A stretch of DNA of 58,698 nucleotides. Source: Deltaproteobacteria bacterium. GTDB lineage: Bacteria; Desulfobacterota; Syntrophia; Syntrophales; UBA6807. Each line of letters starts with the position of its first letter. Position 1 is the first letter of the stretch. The stretch spans positions 1 to 58,698 of the forward strand of contig DSDU01000015.1 in assembly GCA_011056835.1 (NCBI GenBank), in the 5' to 3' direction. The position numbers and the translations under genes are program-made. Positions 9,664-19,003 of the stretch are shown piece after piece. Below the pieces are notes generated by a model. The model made no database searches and had not been told where the DNA came from. It worked only from the letters and a program-made list of their open reading frames with translations.

Positions 9664-11544
9664 TCAACCGCCGATGAGGCATAAGCGTATATTAGACCAC
9701 TCTCGGTTTTTCACCCACCGATACTTGTCCCAGAAGAGCAGATCACTTCGATAGTATTCTCCCGTTCTGTTGCGTTTGAGAAATTTATAGAAATCTCTTG
9801 GTCCGCCGTTATACATGGCATAAACGGTACGGGCCAAGGTGTCATCATCGATTTTGCTTTCCAACTGGAGTTTCTCGATTCTCTTCAATGCGTATCTGCA
9901 CAGATAAAGCTCGAGAATTTCGCAACCCGCGGTCATGTTGTATCGGATGTCCCATCGCAATTTCTTCGGGTCATAAATCCCTCTCCACACAATCTCGTTA
10001 ATCTGCATAATTCCCACTGAGGTATTGTTATATGATCGAAGATAGGTAACGGCTCCATCCTTCATCCTGAATTGCCGGAAGCAGCTTTCCTGCCAGGTAG
10101 TGGAAAAAACGATGAGCCGATAGAGATCATGATAGTCTCCAGGAATTTTACCGTTCTTGATGGTCGATTCAGAAATTTGTTTTAGAAGGTCTTTAACCCT
10201 GTCGAGATACGGATCAATATCTTTCCTGGAATAGACCCACCGGTTCATATATTCAGCCGATGGCATTTTCCCGTATTCCGCGGCCCACGCATACGAAGGA
10301 ATGAAAGCTGCAAAGGATATCCCGATCATACGACGTAATGATGACTGGTTCGGCTGCTTCACAGGGTCTGGAAACTGCTGTTTGATATCGAGCACACCTT
10401 TCAACGTTTCATCCACGGTTGACTCGTATTCAAGAGGCACCTCTTTTCCTTTGCATAAAAGAGAAGCCATCATCCTCAGGGTTCTTTCGTTGATCTCGAT
10501 TCCAAGATCTTCAACCAGTCTGTCGAGAACTGCAAGTGCATCGCCGACCGTAAAAAACGCCAGGCAGCTCATGATATCCTGCGAGGAACCGCCGCCGAGA
10601 TGTTTCCTGAACACGGGAGCCGATTCCCGCCATGCCGCAGCTAATTCCGCTCTTACAAGATCTTTCGTAATTATTCCCTGCGACAGCGCAGTCGTAAAAG
10701 AATACCGCGTATCCAGAAGGGTATCCAGAAGGATCTGCTTCTCATCCGCGGTGAGGGTTTCCGGAGCCAGTGTGTGGATCATGAACACGAAGAACGAGTC
10801 CAGCGTCTTCCAGAGTTCCGCTGAGTCTTCCTGCTGTAGAGCTGATCCATGAAGCTTCTGAAGCTCTTTTTTCTTTTTCATGACCTCATCGGTCATGAAC
10901 CGCAGGTAAATTCTCAGTGCATCATTGTCACATACGGGCCTTTCCGCGGTCATGCCGGCAATCATTTTTACCGCTGAAGACTGGAGTTCCGGATGGAATA
11001 CTTCACGTAACAACACCTTGAATTGTTCGAAAGGTGGCAACAGATTGATGGAAATGTGATTCACATAGTCATATGCCCACACGTCAATGAGTTCGCGTAA
11101 TGCTTCAGGAACCACCGCGGGTTTATGATCGGCATCGAGGAGTTGATATTCGACAGCCTTGAACGAGAGAACCCAATCTTGCCGATTGATAACCGGGGTT
11201 TGAAGCACCGAGAGGTATCCATCCCATTCAACAGGCTTGACGCACCCTGTCCGTGAATAATCGCCGGATTTCACCTTCAGCCTGAAATCACCGCGGACAT
11301 GAGATTGTTCCGCCCTGTAGGACGGGTCTGACAAAACGACTGATGTACAGCCATTGTTTAAATACAGAACCTGCACGGTTTGATCCGGATCGGTGAACAC
11401 ACTCGATATGACCATGGACCTCAGAAGGGGGTAATCAATGGTCACCGGTATATGCATGGTCTGCGACGCCGCTTCCCCGGGCATAACACACACCATGACT
11501 GTCATAATGACAAGCAGGATACTTCGTTTGAACTTTTTCATCAT
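9664..11544 (-). CDS. Secreted protein with a C-terminal lytic transglycosylase (SLT/GH23) domain
   Basis: Signal peptide MMKKFKRSILLVIMTVMVCVMPGEAAS follows SD GAGGAA. SLT motifs WQESCF, VGIMQINE and AMYNGGP are present. The N-terminal ~430 aa have no recognisable motif. Confidence 0.75.
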   Translation of the reverse strand: MMKKFKRSILLVIMTVMVCVMPGEAASQTMHIPVTIDYPLLRSMVISSVFTDPDQTVQVLYLNNGCTSVVLSDPSYRAEQSHVRGDFRLKVKSGDYSRTGCVKPVEWDGYLSVLQTPVINRQDWVLSFKAVEYQLLDADHKPAVVPEALRELIDVWAYDYVNHISINLLPPFEQFKVLLREVFHPELQSSAVKMIAGMTAERPVCDNDALRIYLRFMTDEVMKKKKELQKLHGSALQQEDSAELWKTLDSFFVFMIHTLAPETLTADEKQILLDTLLDTRYSFTTALSQGIITKDLVRAELAAAWRESAPVFRKHLGGGSSQDIMSCLAFFTVGDALAVLDRLVEDLGIEINERTLRMMASLLCKGKEVPLEYESTVDETLKGVLDIKQQFPDPVKQPNQSSLRRMIGISFAAFIPSYAWAAEYGKMPSAEYMNRWVYSRKDIDPYLDRVKDLLKQISESTIKNGKIPGDYHDLYRLIVFSTTWQESCFRQFRMKDGAVTYLRSYNNTSVGIMQINEIVWRGIYDPKKLRWDIRYNMTAGCEILELYLCRYALKRIEKLQLESKIDDDTLARTVYAMYNGGPRDFYKFLKRNRTGEYYRSDLLFWDKYRWVKNREWSNIRLCLIGG

Positions 11545-11660
11545 TGCGGATTCCTCATTCAATAATAAGCGGGTGCGCTGTCTGTCCTCTGCCGCGAACT
11601 TTTCCCTATGATGAACGGCAGTCAGCGATGCATCGTAAAAACAAAGAACCACATCTTGAT

Positions 11661-14633
11661 CTATGAGAGTGAAAGCACTGTCCTGGCTGAAGTGCCTGAC
11701 GGCTTGTCGTCAATCTGAACATCAAGCAGGTACAATCTTTCACTCTCTATCTTTCCATGACGAATGAGATATCCCTTGATGCGTTGCGCCCGTTCACGGG
11801 CCAGCTGCGTCAGGTCAATCTCTTCAATGTGGAAAGTTTCGATCAGCTTCATTGTCAGCGCTTCCGTCAAATTGACTTTTTCTCCCTTTTCGCCATCCGC
11901 CGCCACCGGTTTATCACCCACTCTGTTCCGGTATGCCATCATCAGAAGACGTTCATAATCACTGTCTGAAAGTTCCATATCATCAAGAGAATCGGGAACT
12001 TTCTTTTTTGCCTTTTGAAGTTCTTCAGCCTTTAGTTCCCTGAGGTGACGGACCAGTGCTTTTTCCGCCAGCGCCGCCCGATCCGCTTCCCGTTCCGCAG
12101 TTCCCCTGATTTCAAGTTTCACTGCCGGACGCTCATACAACGCCTTTGCCAGCGTATCGAGCTTTCCAACCTGCTGTGGAGGTAACCCGGCATCGCCGTA
12201 CGCAAACTCTATGTAGCTCAGCTCTTCACCGCCGCCCACCAGGCCGGCCAGCGCCGCAAAGGGAGCGGTGACGATCCTGGTAAGCAGGTTGACCAGCGCT
12301 CTCCCGATAAGACGGCCGTAACTGAATTCGGGATCTGCGAGATCTCCCTGAACCGGCAGGTCGATATCAATGTTTCCGGCTCGATCTTTGAGCAGGGCTA
12401 TGGCAAGCCTTATCGGCAGATTCAGCGCGTCGGAACTGTCGACGCGTTCCCCCAGCGTCAACTGGTTGAGAAAGATTCTATTCTCTCCATTGAGGCGGTT
12501 TCCCAGAATCTTGTAACGGAAATCGAGGGACATCTTGCCTTTATCGATTTTATATCCTGCAAATTTGCCAGAATAGGGCGTGAGTGATGCCAGTTCCATA
12601 TTTTTGAAGGACAGTGTTACATCGGCATATTTGGAAAGGCTCAGAGGATTGATCTTCCCGGTTATCTTCACGGGAGCATATCTGTCGACTGCACCCTCCA
12701 GTGCAACATCAGCTCGTGCGGCAGGATCTGACGACAACCCCTTTATTGTGCCGTTGAGCCTCTGAATTCCGGTGGCAAAATTCGGTTTGAGCGAATAATC
12801 TGAGAAGTTCATCGAACCGTTCTTTATACGAATGATATCGATTTTTACGGGCATCGCCTCTTGACCGGACGCCGATTCCACTCCGGCAGGCTTTCCTGCA
12901 GGCTGATCGGCGTCAGCTGTTTCTTCCGTGTCTTCCTTCGGCACAATCACACGGGCAAGATTTGTCGTGCCATCCTGCCAGACGGCTACCCTGATGTATG
13001 GTTGAACCGCTGCTATTTCTGCAATACTGACTTTCATCGGTTGCATGTCGACAGCGATATTGTTCAGTGCGAGGGACTTCCACTTCAGAATATCCTCGGA
13101 ACGCATCGGATCATTGACTTGAAGCTCATCGATACGAAAGTTGCCGCGGTAGCTCATTTCAGGGTTTTCAGGTGTAACGGCATCAAAGCGAACGCGGCCG
13201 TCAATACCCGCGGTGCCCCGGATAACTGCAATTTTTGCAAAAGTGCCGGCATACTGCTGAAAAGGCCTCAAAGCGAGGGTCCTTACCTTGATGGCGAGGT
13301 CTGCAATCTGCGGGTTCATTCCAACGGTACCGTCAACTTCCACCATACCCGTTTCATTCACGGTCATGCCAAGGGCGATCTCTGCGTTTGTATCTTTCCG
13401 GTTGCTCGCCTTTTTTATGCTCAGGCTGATCGGATCAAGATTGATGTGCACCGGGGTTGCCTGCGTCCGGTCTTCAAAGTATACGCTATAATTTTTCAGT
13501 GACAGATCATGAACATCGATCAACCACTCTTTCTGAGGCGGTGTTTTCCCATTCGACACTGTTGGGGAGAGGGACTCCCTCGTTTTCGCCGGAGACGGAG
13601 CAAATAATGCCTGATAATTCAAGTTACCGTCCCGGGAACGCCACCCGACAATCTTGGCATCAACGGTACTGATCGACTCAATCGATACTTCATTGGCGGG
13701 GTAGTTTACTGCAATCCCCCGGCAGTCCACGAGCGGCACTGACATGATCGGTTCTGTGCCGTCCTTCTCAGTCAGGATGAAGCCCATCAACTTCAGAGTC
13801 CCCTCACCCAGATAGATCATGATGTCATTGCCCTCAACACCGACATCATACTGAGCCGTCATGTCCATTGACCCATCAGTCACTTCAAAATTGACCTGAT
13901 CACTGATATACTCCCAGAGCGTCCGCACGATCAGCCCCTGCATTGCAATGCTTCCCCGCGAACGGATCGGATTAACCGATACAGTGCCCTCCCAGCTCAG
14001 AGTTCCGCCTTTGCCCAGGGATGCGGTAAAACTGTGGAGGCCATGACGTTCCCGTTGTGTCGTGAAATTCTTCAGCGATATGTTGATCGGGAAAACACTT
14101 TCCTCGAAAGATGTCGGCCGTGACAGATCAGTGAAATCAAGGCGGGCGTTTTCAATGTTTAATTCGTGTATCACGACAGGGACCAATTCGGTTTCGACAT
14201 CGGTTTCAGCTTGCTGCGACTCAGTCGGGGGTACAAGCGTGGCCCAGTTCAGGGTACCGTCCGGCTGAACCTTTATGAGACCTTCCGGCTCAGTCAAACG
14301 AATTTCACTGAATGTGTATGCCCATCGAAAAAGAGATGACAGTTGAAAATTAACATAGAGTTCCTCGAAGCCTGCGAACAGTTCACCGGCGGAGTCGGTC
14401 AGCCTGAATCCTTTCACCGTCGCTGACAGCGCAAAGGGATTCATCGCCACGTCCGTCACCGTCGCCTGCGCGTTCAACCTTTCGGATATGCCTTTTTCCA
14501 TCTGTGATTTTATGATCGGTGGTATGATGAGAAAACCGACAATTGCATACAGCACGATCAGACCCGCCATGATTGCGGCGGGTTTTTTTAATCGGGAAAG
14601 TTTCTTGCTACCTGTTTCAGCACTTTCATTCAT
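11661..14633 (-). CDS. DUF748 domain protein (AsmA-like large membrane-anchored protein)
   Basis: N-terminal TM anchor, then ...VTDVAMNPFALSATVKGFRLTD...LSSLFRWAYTFSEIRL..PDGTLNW. A C-terminal DLADPEFSYGRLIGRAL block is characteristic of DUF748. Confidence 0.75.
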   Translation of the reverse strand: MNESAETGSKKLSRLKKPAAIMAGLIVLYAIVGFLIIPPIIKSQMEKGISERLNAQATVTDVAMNPFALSATVKGFRLTDSAGELFAGFEELYVNFQLSSLFRWAYTFSEIRLTEPEGLIKVQPDGTLNWATLVPPTESQQAETDVETELVPVVIHELNIENARLDFTDLSRPTSFEESVFPINISLKNFTTQRERHGLHSFTASLGKGGTLSWEGTVSVNPIRSRGSIAMQGLIVRTLWEYISDQVNFEVTDGSMDMTAQYDVGVEGNDIMIYLGEGTLKLMGFILTEKDGTEPIMSVPLVDCRGIAVNYPANEVSIESISTVDAKIVGWRSRDGNLNYQALFAPSPAKTRESLSPTVSNGKTPPQKEWLIDVHDLSLKNYSVYFEDRTQATPVHINLDPISLSIKKASNRKDTNAEIALGMTVNETGMVEVDGTVGMNPQIADLAIKVRTLALRPFQQYAGTFAKIAVIRGTAGIDGRVRFDAVTPENPEMSYRGNFRIDELQVNDPMRSEDILKWKSLALNNIAVDMQPMKVSIAEIAAVQPYIRVAVWQDGTTNLARVIVPKEDTEETADADQPAGKPAGVESASGQEAMPVKIDIIRIKNGSMNFSDYSLKPNFATGIQRLNGTIKGLSSDPAARADVALEGAVDRYAPVKITGKINPLSLSKYADVTLSFKNMELASLTPYSGKFAGYKIDKGKMSLDFRYKILGNRLNGENRIFLNQLTLGERVDSSDALNLPIRLAIALLKDRAGNIDIDLPVQGDLADPEFSYGRLIGRALVNLLTRIVTAPFAALAGLVGGGEELSYIEFAYGDAGLPPQQVGKLDTLAKALYERPAVKLEIRGTAEREADRAALAEKALVRHLRELKAEELQKAKKKVPDSLDDMELSDSDYERLLMMAYRNRVGDKPVAADGEKGEKVNLTEALTMKLIETFHIEEIDLTQLARERAQRIKGYLIRHGKIESERLYLLDVQIDDKPSGTSARTVLSLS

Positions 14634-15159
14634 GTCAGGTACCTCCCGTTACTGTTTCGCAACAGATTATTCATTTGCATCAGTCAGCCATAACAGACTA
14701 TCCCTCGGCAGTATCTCACATTAAACGACAGAATACATGTGGTGATAGTGGGCGAAAGATGACTATGATCAATGTCGACTGCTTATTTAAATTTCCTGTG
14801 TTTAAAAAATTATTTTTTTTCAGATTGAAAAGAAAAATCCGTAGATCGTATGAAATCGGAAAAGATATCTGATTTCATTATGTGCATTCATTTGATGAGG
14901 AGTAGATTCCCCTGATCTTTTCCCTTTACACCGTTTTCTACAGTTATTGAATCGGTAACGATATCAACTCTGGAACAGTCTGTATGCTTCGATGGAAAAT
15001 TTTACATCGCCCGCACATACATCCATATGGTCCATCCCGTGCCGATTTTTCAGCACTATAACAGGTTTTATCGGACTTTCACAATTGTTTTGTCCCCTCC
15101 AGGTAAATCTATGGCATGAAACCACACAGGCACCCACACAGCTTTTCATGTCATTACGG

Positions 15160-16494
15160 TCACTTAATTCTACACAATTTTCGCGATTTCGCCCGGGAAG
15201 ACTTGAAGAGGGGTGTCTTCCGTGACAATGAATGTGATCCGGTCAGGCAATCCGCCATTGGTGAAGCGACAATCCCCTGTTGCGCCGGGAACTGTTCAAT
15301 GGACCGCGTCAGCCTCTGCTGCCTCACAGGTCGCCGCGGGGGAGCAAATCCGACGGTTTTCGCGGGAGCCGGCACGGTGTAATCGAAATCCTCCACTGTT
15401 CGCCGTTCGATTTTCTCACCGAGAACATTCTCGATAGTCCACACAAAAGCCCGATCTTTGCTTGTCACGAAGGTAAATGCCTCTCCGGTCCGGGCGGCAC
15501 GGCCCGTGCGACCGATACGATGGGTGTACGCATCAACGGTATCGGGCATGTCATAATTGATCACATGAGATATTCCGTAAACATCGATGCCACGAGCAGC
15601 GATATCGGTGGCTACAAGTATCTTATACTTACCGCTTCGAAATCCTTTGAGTGCGGACTGTCGTCTTTGCTGAGAAAGATCCCCCTGGAGCGATGCTGCG
15701 AAGAAACCGGATTTCTTCATTTCCTTCGCGAGACGAGTTGCCCTGACCTTTGTGCGGGTGAATATGAGCACCGATTCAGCATCCATATGTTTCATCAGTC
15801 TCATTAAAAGATTTCTTTTGAGATGGGATTCCACAGGATAGAGGGCATGAGATACCGTGGATACGGGCGCGGTGTTTCCGATCTGTATGGTAACGGGATC
15901 GCAAAGAATGTCCTGCGCCAGTCCCCGGATATCATCGGGCATGGTTGCTGAGAACAGTAACGTCTGGCGCTTTACCGGCAGACGCTTCATGATCTTCCGG
16001 ATATCCGGCAGGAAGCCCATATCAAACATTCTGTCCGCTTCGTCAAGAACAAGCACGTCAAGACAGGACAGGTTGATCACCTTCTGGTCCATAAGATCCA
16101 AGAGACGTCCCGGGCATGCCGCAACAATCTCAGCTCCTTCACGAAGTTTTTTAATCTGAAGTTCTTTTTTCATGCCTCCATAAACGGCAACGCTCGTCAG
16201 TTTCGTCTGCTGACCGAGCTGACACACTGCGTTGTGTATCTGTTCAGCCAGCTCCCGTGTCGGAGCAATGATGAGCGCTCGAATGCTTTTCGGCGGACCA
16301 TTTATGAGACGCTGCATGACGGGAATCACAAATGCGGCGGTCTTCCCTGTACCTGTCTGGGCCAGACCCATGACATCCCGTTCCCGGAGAATGTGAGGAA
16401 TGCATTGCATCTGAATCGGCGTAGGCTCTCTGTATCCGAGGGCTTCGATCCCCGATTCGATTGATTGGTGTAAATTAAACGATTTGAAATTCAT
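15160..16494 (-). CDS. DEAD-box ATP-dependent RNA helicase (RhlE-like)
   Basis: Q-motif PTPIQ, AQTGTGKTAAF, PTRELA, DEAD, SAT and HRIGRTGRA, with a basic C-terminal tail. Confidence 0.95.
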   Translation of the reverse strand: MNFKSFNLHQSIESGIEALGYREPTPIQMQCIPHILRERDVMGLAQTGTGKTAAFVIPVMQRLINGPPKSIRALIIAPTRELAEQIHNAVCQLGQQTKLTSVAVYGGMKKELQIKKLREGAEIVAACPGRLLDLMDQKVINLSCLDVLVLDEADRMFDMGFLPDIRKIMKRLPVKRQTLLFSATMPDDIRGLAQDILCDPVTIQIGNTAPVSTVSHALYPVESHLKRNLLMRLMKHMDAESVLIFTRTKVRATRLAKEMKKSGFFAASLQGDLSQQRRQSALKGFRSGKYKILVATDIAARGIDVYGISHVINYDMPDTVDAYTHRIGRTGRAARTGEAFTFVTSKDRAFVWTIENVLGEKIERRTVEDFDYTVPAPAKTVGFAPPRRPVRQQRLTRSIEQFPAQQGIVASPMADCLTGSHSLSRKTPLFKSSRAKSRKLCRIK

Positions 16495-16591
16495 TACATA
16501 TCCTTTTGTTTTAGTAAGGACTCAGGAATAATCCCGGCCTTTCCGCCCTATGGCGGATAATTAACTCTTCATTGTGAAAAATGGAAAGATG

Positions 16592-16738
16592 TTATGGCTG
16601 ATCCACTATTACGGTTTCTTTCGACTCTTCCGTTTTATTTTTCTTGCCTTGTCGCCGTTCCATTTTTTCGTTCGCTTTTCGCATGCGATCGAGTTCCTTT
16701 TGTCGCTTGATGAACTTGTTTTGACTTTGTCGTGCCAT
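16592..16738 (-). CDS. Small, highly basic 48-aa protein (below the ORF-track length cutoff)
   Basis: AAGGGGAGAAAC immediately precedes the ATG. The product is MARQSQNKFIKRQKELDRMRKANEKMERRQGKKNKTEESKETVIVDQP. It stops 97 nt upstream of the helicase start on the same strand. Confidence 0.5.
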   Translation of the reverse strand: MARQSQNKFIKRQKELDRMRKANEKMERRQGKKNKTEESKETVIVDQP

Positions 16739-16994
16739 GTTTCTCCCCTTATATCATTCGGTAGTATCCACAAATTTCAGCACATCATTTATGGTGATTC
16801 CGCCCTTCCCCTCTTTTTCCGGACACATCACAACCGCGTCTGGAAAGAGACTAAAGACCCGCGGTGTTACTCTTCTCATTATTTGATGTTGTAATCACGA
16901 ATTTTAGCTTTTCGGCAAGGAGACATGAACAAAGATGCACTGGTTCCCAGCGGAGAAAACTGACTTATGGACAACCGTCTTTCTATGAAATTCT

Positions 16995-17031
16995 AAAAAA
17001 ACCCCCAGCAACCTTTCATAGGCTCTGGGGG
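16995..17031 (-). terminator. Rho-independent terminator
   Basis: On the minus strand: CCCCCAG-(16 nt)-CTGGGGG followed by TTTTTTT. Confidence 0.7.
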
Positions 17032-17063
17032 CATGGACCAAAACCGACTTAAAACGTGCTTGA

Positions 17064-17092
17064 ACCATATGCTTCTCTGCCGGCTATGTCAA
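17064..17092 (-). promoter_or_regulatory. Sigma-70-like promoter (TTGACA-17 nt-TATGGT)
   Basis: On the minus strand: TTGACA at 17092-17087, a 17-nt spacer, and TATGGT at 17069-17064. It lies about 30 nt upstream of the terminator stem at 17031. Confidence 0.4.
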
Positions 17093-17400
17093 GGATTATT
17101 CGGGCAAGCGTGGAATTACTCTTTATATAACATGTTTTATAATCCATCGGAGGTGAAGTCTGTCCGACCCGCTCACTCCCGCCGATTATTTAAACAATGG
17201 ATCCCCTTCCCTTTCATATCGGGGTGAAACACTTATTGTCGGAGATGCAGTATACCCGGCGCCGATCCCGGCTTCCCACCGATTTATCAGATCGGGCTTC
17301 CGGATAAATGGACGGCCTCACCACATGCATGCATCCTTTCGCATTATTCTGTTAGAACCTTCATTTTCCCCGATACGACTCATAGTTCCCTCAATAACCC

Positions 17401-17955
17401 TCACGGATACGCATTCAGCTCAGCACGAAGTTTTCTTGCATTACCCACATACATATCCAGTTCCAACCAGAATTCAACGCTGTGGTTCCTGATCCGCGTA
17501 TGAACCAACTCGTGCAGCAGCACATAGTCTATCAAGTGTCGGGGCAATCGTATGAGGTTCATATTAAGGTTTATGTTGTTACGAACGGAACAACTCCCCC
17601 ATCTTGTTTTCTGGTTTTTAATAAAAACTCGCCCATAGGTAAATCCATGCATCCCAGCGAGCTCATTGAGCCGGGTAATGAGGGTTGTCCTCGCATGGGT
17701 GCGGTTGATATCCCCTGCCCTATCTGCAACCGGTGCATTCTGCGCTTTTTTCGACTGCTGTGCGGTCAGATGCTTTTGCACCCAGTAACGTTTGGCATAG
17801 ACAAAATGCTCGGCCTGCGTGAATAACACCCCCCGCGGAACGGCAACTCTCACGTTTCCTCCGGGTCTCACCGAAATGTTCATTCGCCGTGCTTTTGCGC
17901 TCCGTTCAAACAGGACGGGGCCGACGCCGTCAATCACGATAATGATCGATTTCAT
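17401..17955 (-). CDS. YgjP-like metal-dependent hydrolase (DUF45 / M48-like, HExxH)
   Basis: WGSCS...NINLNMNLIRLPRHLIDYVLLHELVHTRIRNHS is the DUF45 signature with HELVH. Confidence 0.85.
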   Translation of the reverse strand: MKSIIIVIDGVGPVLFERSAKARRMNISVRPGGNVRVAVPRGVLFTQAEHFVYAKRYWVQKHLTAQQSKKAQNAPVADRAGDINRTHARTTLITRLNELAGMHGFTYGRVFIKNQKTRWGSCSVRNNINLNMNLIRLPRHLIDYVLLHELVHTRIRNHSVEFWLELDMYVGNARKLRAELNAYP

Positions 17956-17958
17956 CCC

Positions 17959-18183
17959 TTAGTTTCTCCGCGTCCTGAGTAACGTCATGTTGACACCACC
18001 CGGGAAATTCACTGTCGCACTCCTTATCGGTACGTCGGCATGACTGAGAATCCGGTGACTCAAGGCGCTGATCAACGACTGTCTCTCTTCACTGCTCTCC
18101 GGCCTCCACAGCAGCCCACCTGCAAAGACAAGGATATAGTGAACAGCACTCGCCGTGTCTCCCGCCGATAGGTGGTTCATCAT
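17959..18183 (-). CDS. Hypothetical 74-aa protein, translationally coupled to the YgjP-like gene
   Basis: Strong SD GGAGGGGG lies 8 nt upstream of the ATG. Its stop TAA is 3 nt before the YgjP-like ATG. No recognisable family. Confidence 0.5.
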   Translation of the reverse strand: MMNHLSAGDTASAVHYILVFAGGLLWRPESSEERQSLISALSHRILSHADVPIRSATVNFPGGVNMTLLRTRRN

Positions 18184-18640
18184 GAAACACCCCCTCCATG
18201 CCGTCAGTTATGCCGCCGCCCCAGCAAGCTTCCTCCTCCATACCTTTACAAAACATCAACGGTATTTCTGCCGTTATGTCCATCACAACAGCGATTGTCC
18301 ACTTTTTTAAAAAATTACAGCACTTCCCTAACCACCATACCACATGCACCTCTCTGCAATGGGTATTTGATTTCAATAGTTTGTGACCGCCATCAGCAAT
18401 CGGCATTTCACAGGGGAATTCGGAAATTTACCACGATAAAACCGGGTGGATACAATTCGCATCGGAATAACCAGCGCTGCGATTCCGAGCGCTCGGGATA
18501 AATGACCACCCGCATGTTAGAACAACCTGACTGTGCGTGATGTCTCACATGTGAATATAAAAATGGGAACAGCGGGGACCCCTCAAGTTACATTTTTCAC
18601 TGAATCGGGCCGCAGGAACGTCTTCTCTTACATCCACATT

Positions 18641-18660
18641 CACTGCAGTATACTGCAGTG
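18641..18660. repeat. 20-bp perfect palindrome CACTGCAGTATACTGCAGTG
   Basis: The two 10-bp half-sites are exact reverse complements with no spacer. It sits in an ~0.8-kb non-coding stretch upstream of the 74-aa/YgjP-like operon. Confidence 0.9.
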
Positions 18661-19003
18661 TTCTTCAGAACTGGTTTCTCGCAGAAGTTCGGTCCTGCAC
18701 CGTTCACATGTTTTTTATTCGCATGATCAGTGGTGTAATAGCATCGGGGACATATACAATACGGTATGATTTTTCTCCAACGTCACGAATAATATATCCC
18801 TTTTTAGAATCATTAACGAAGTTGCGTAAAGTTTCAAGACGGCACTAAATGAGTCGGCTTCGTTAAATACTTCGGAGGCATTGCGCACGAATCAACACGA
18901 TCGAACCTTGCTGCTAGACTACACCATACGTCTGCCACCGTGAAAACAGTGAAGGGGGCATTCTATCATGTGACTGAAAATCAAATTGGCATCAACCGCA
19001 TAT

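Noticed and set aside
14850-14878. 8-bp inverted repeat ATGAAATC-13 nt-GATTTCAT in the AT-rich region upstream of the DUF748 gene
   Set aside because: The arm length and AT-richness make chance occurrence likely, and there is no supporting context.
14964-15149. A 61-aa Cys-rich ORF between the DUF748 gene and the helicase
   Set aside because: It has no SD, abuts the helicase 3' end, and has no recognisable motif.
18880-18935. tRNA-like fragment (GGTTCGATC T-loop-like string and GTAGTCTAGC) on the minus strand
   Set aside because: I could not fold it into a cloverleaf. There are no complementary T-stem or acceptor arms.
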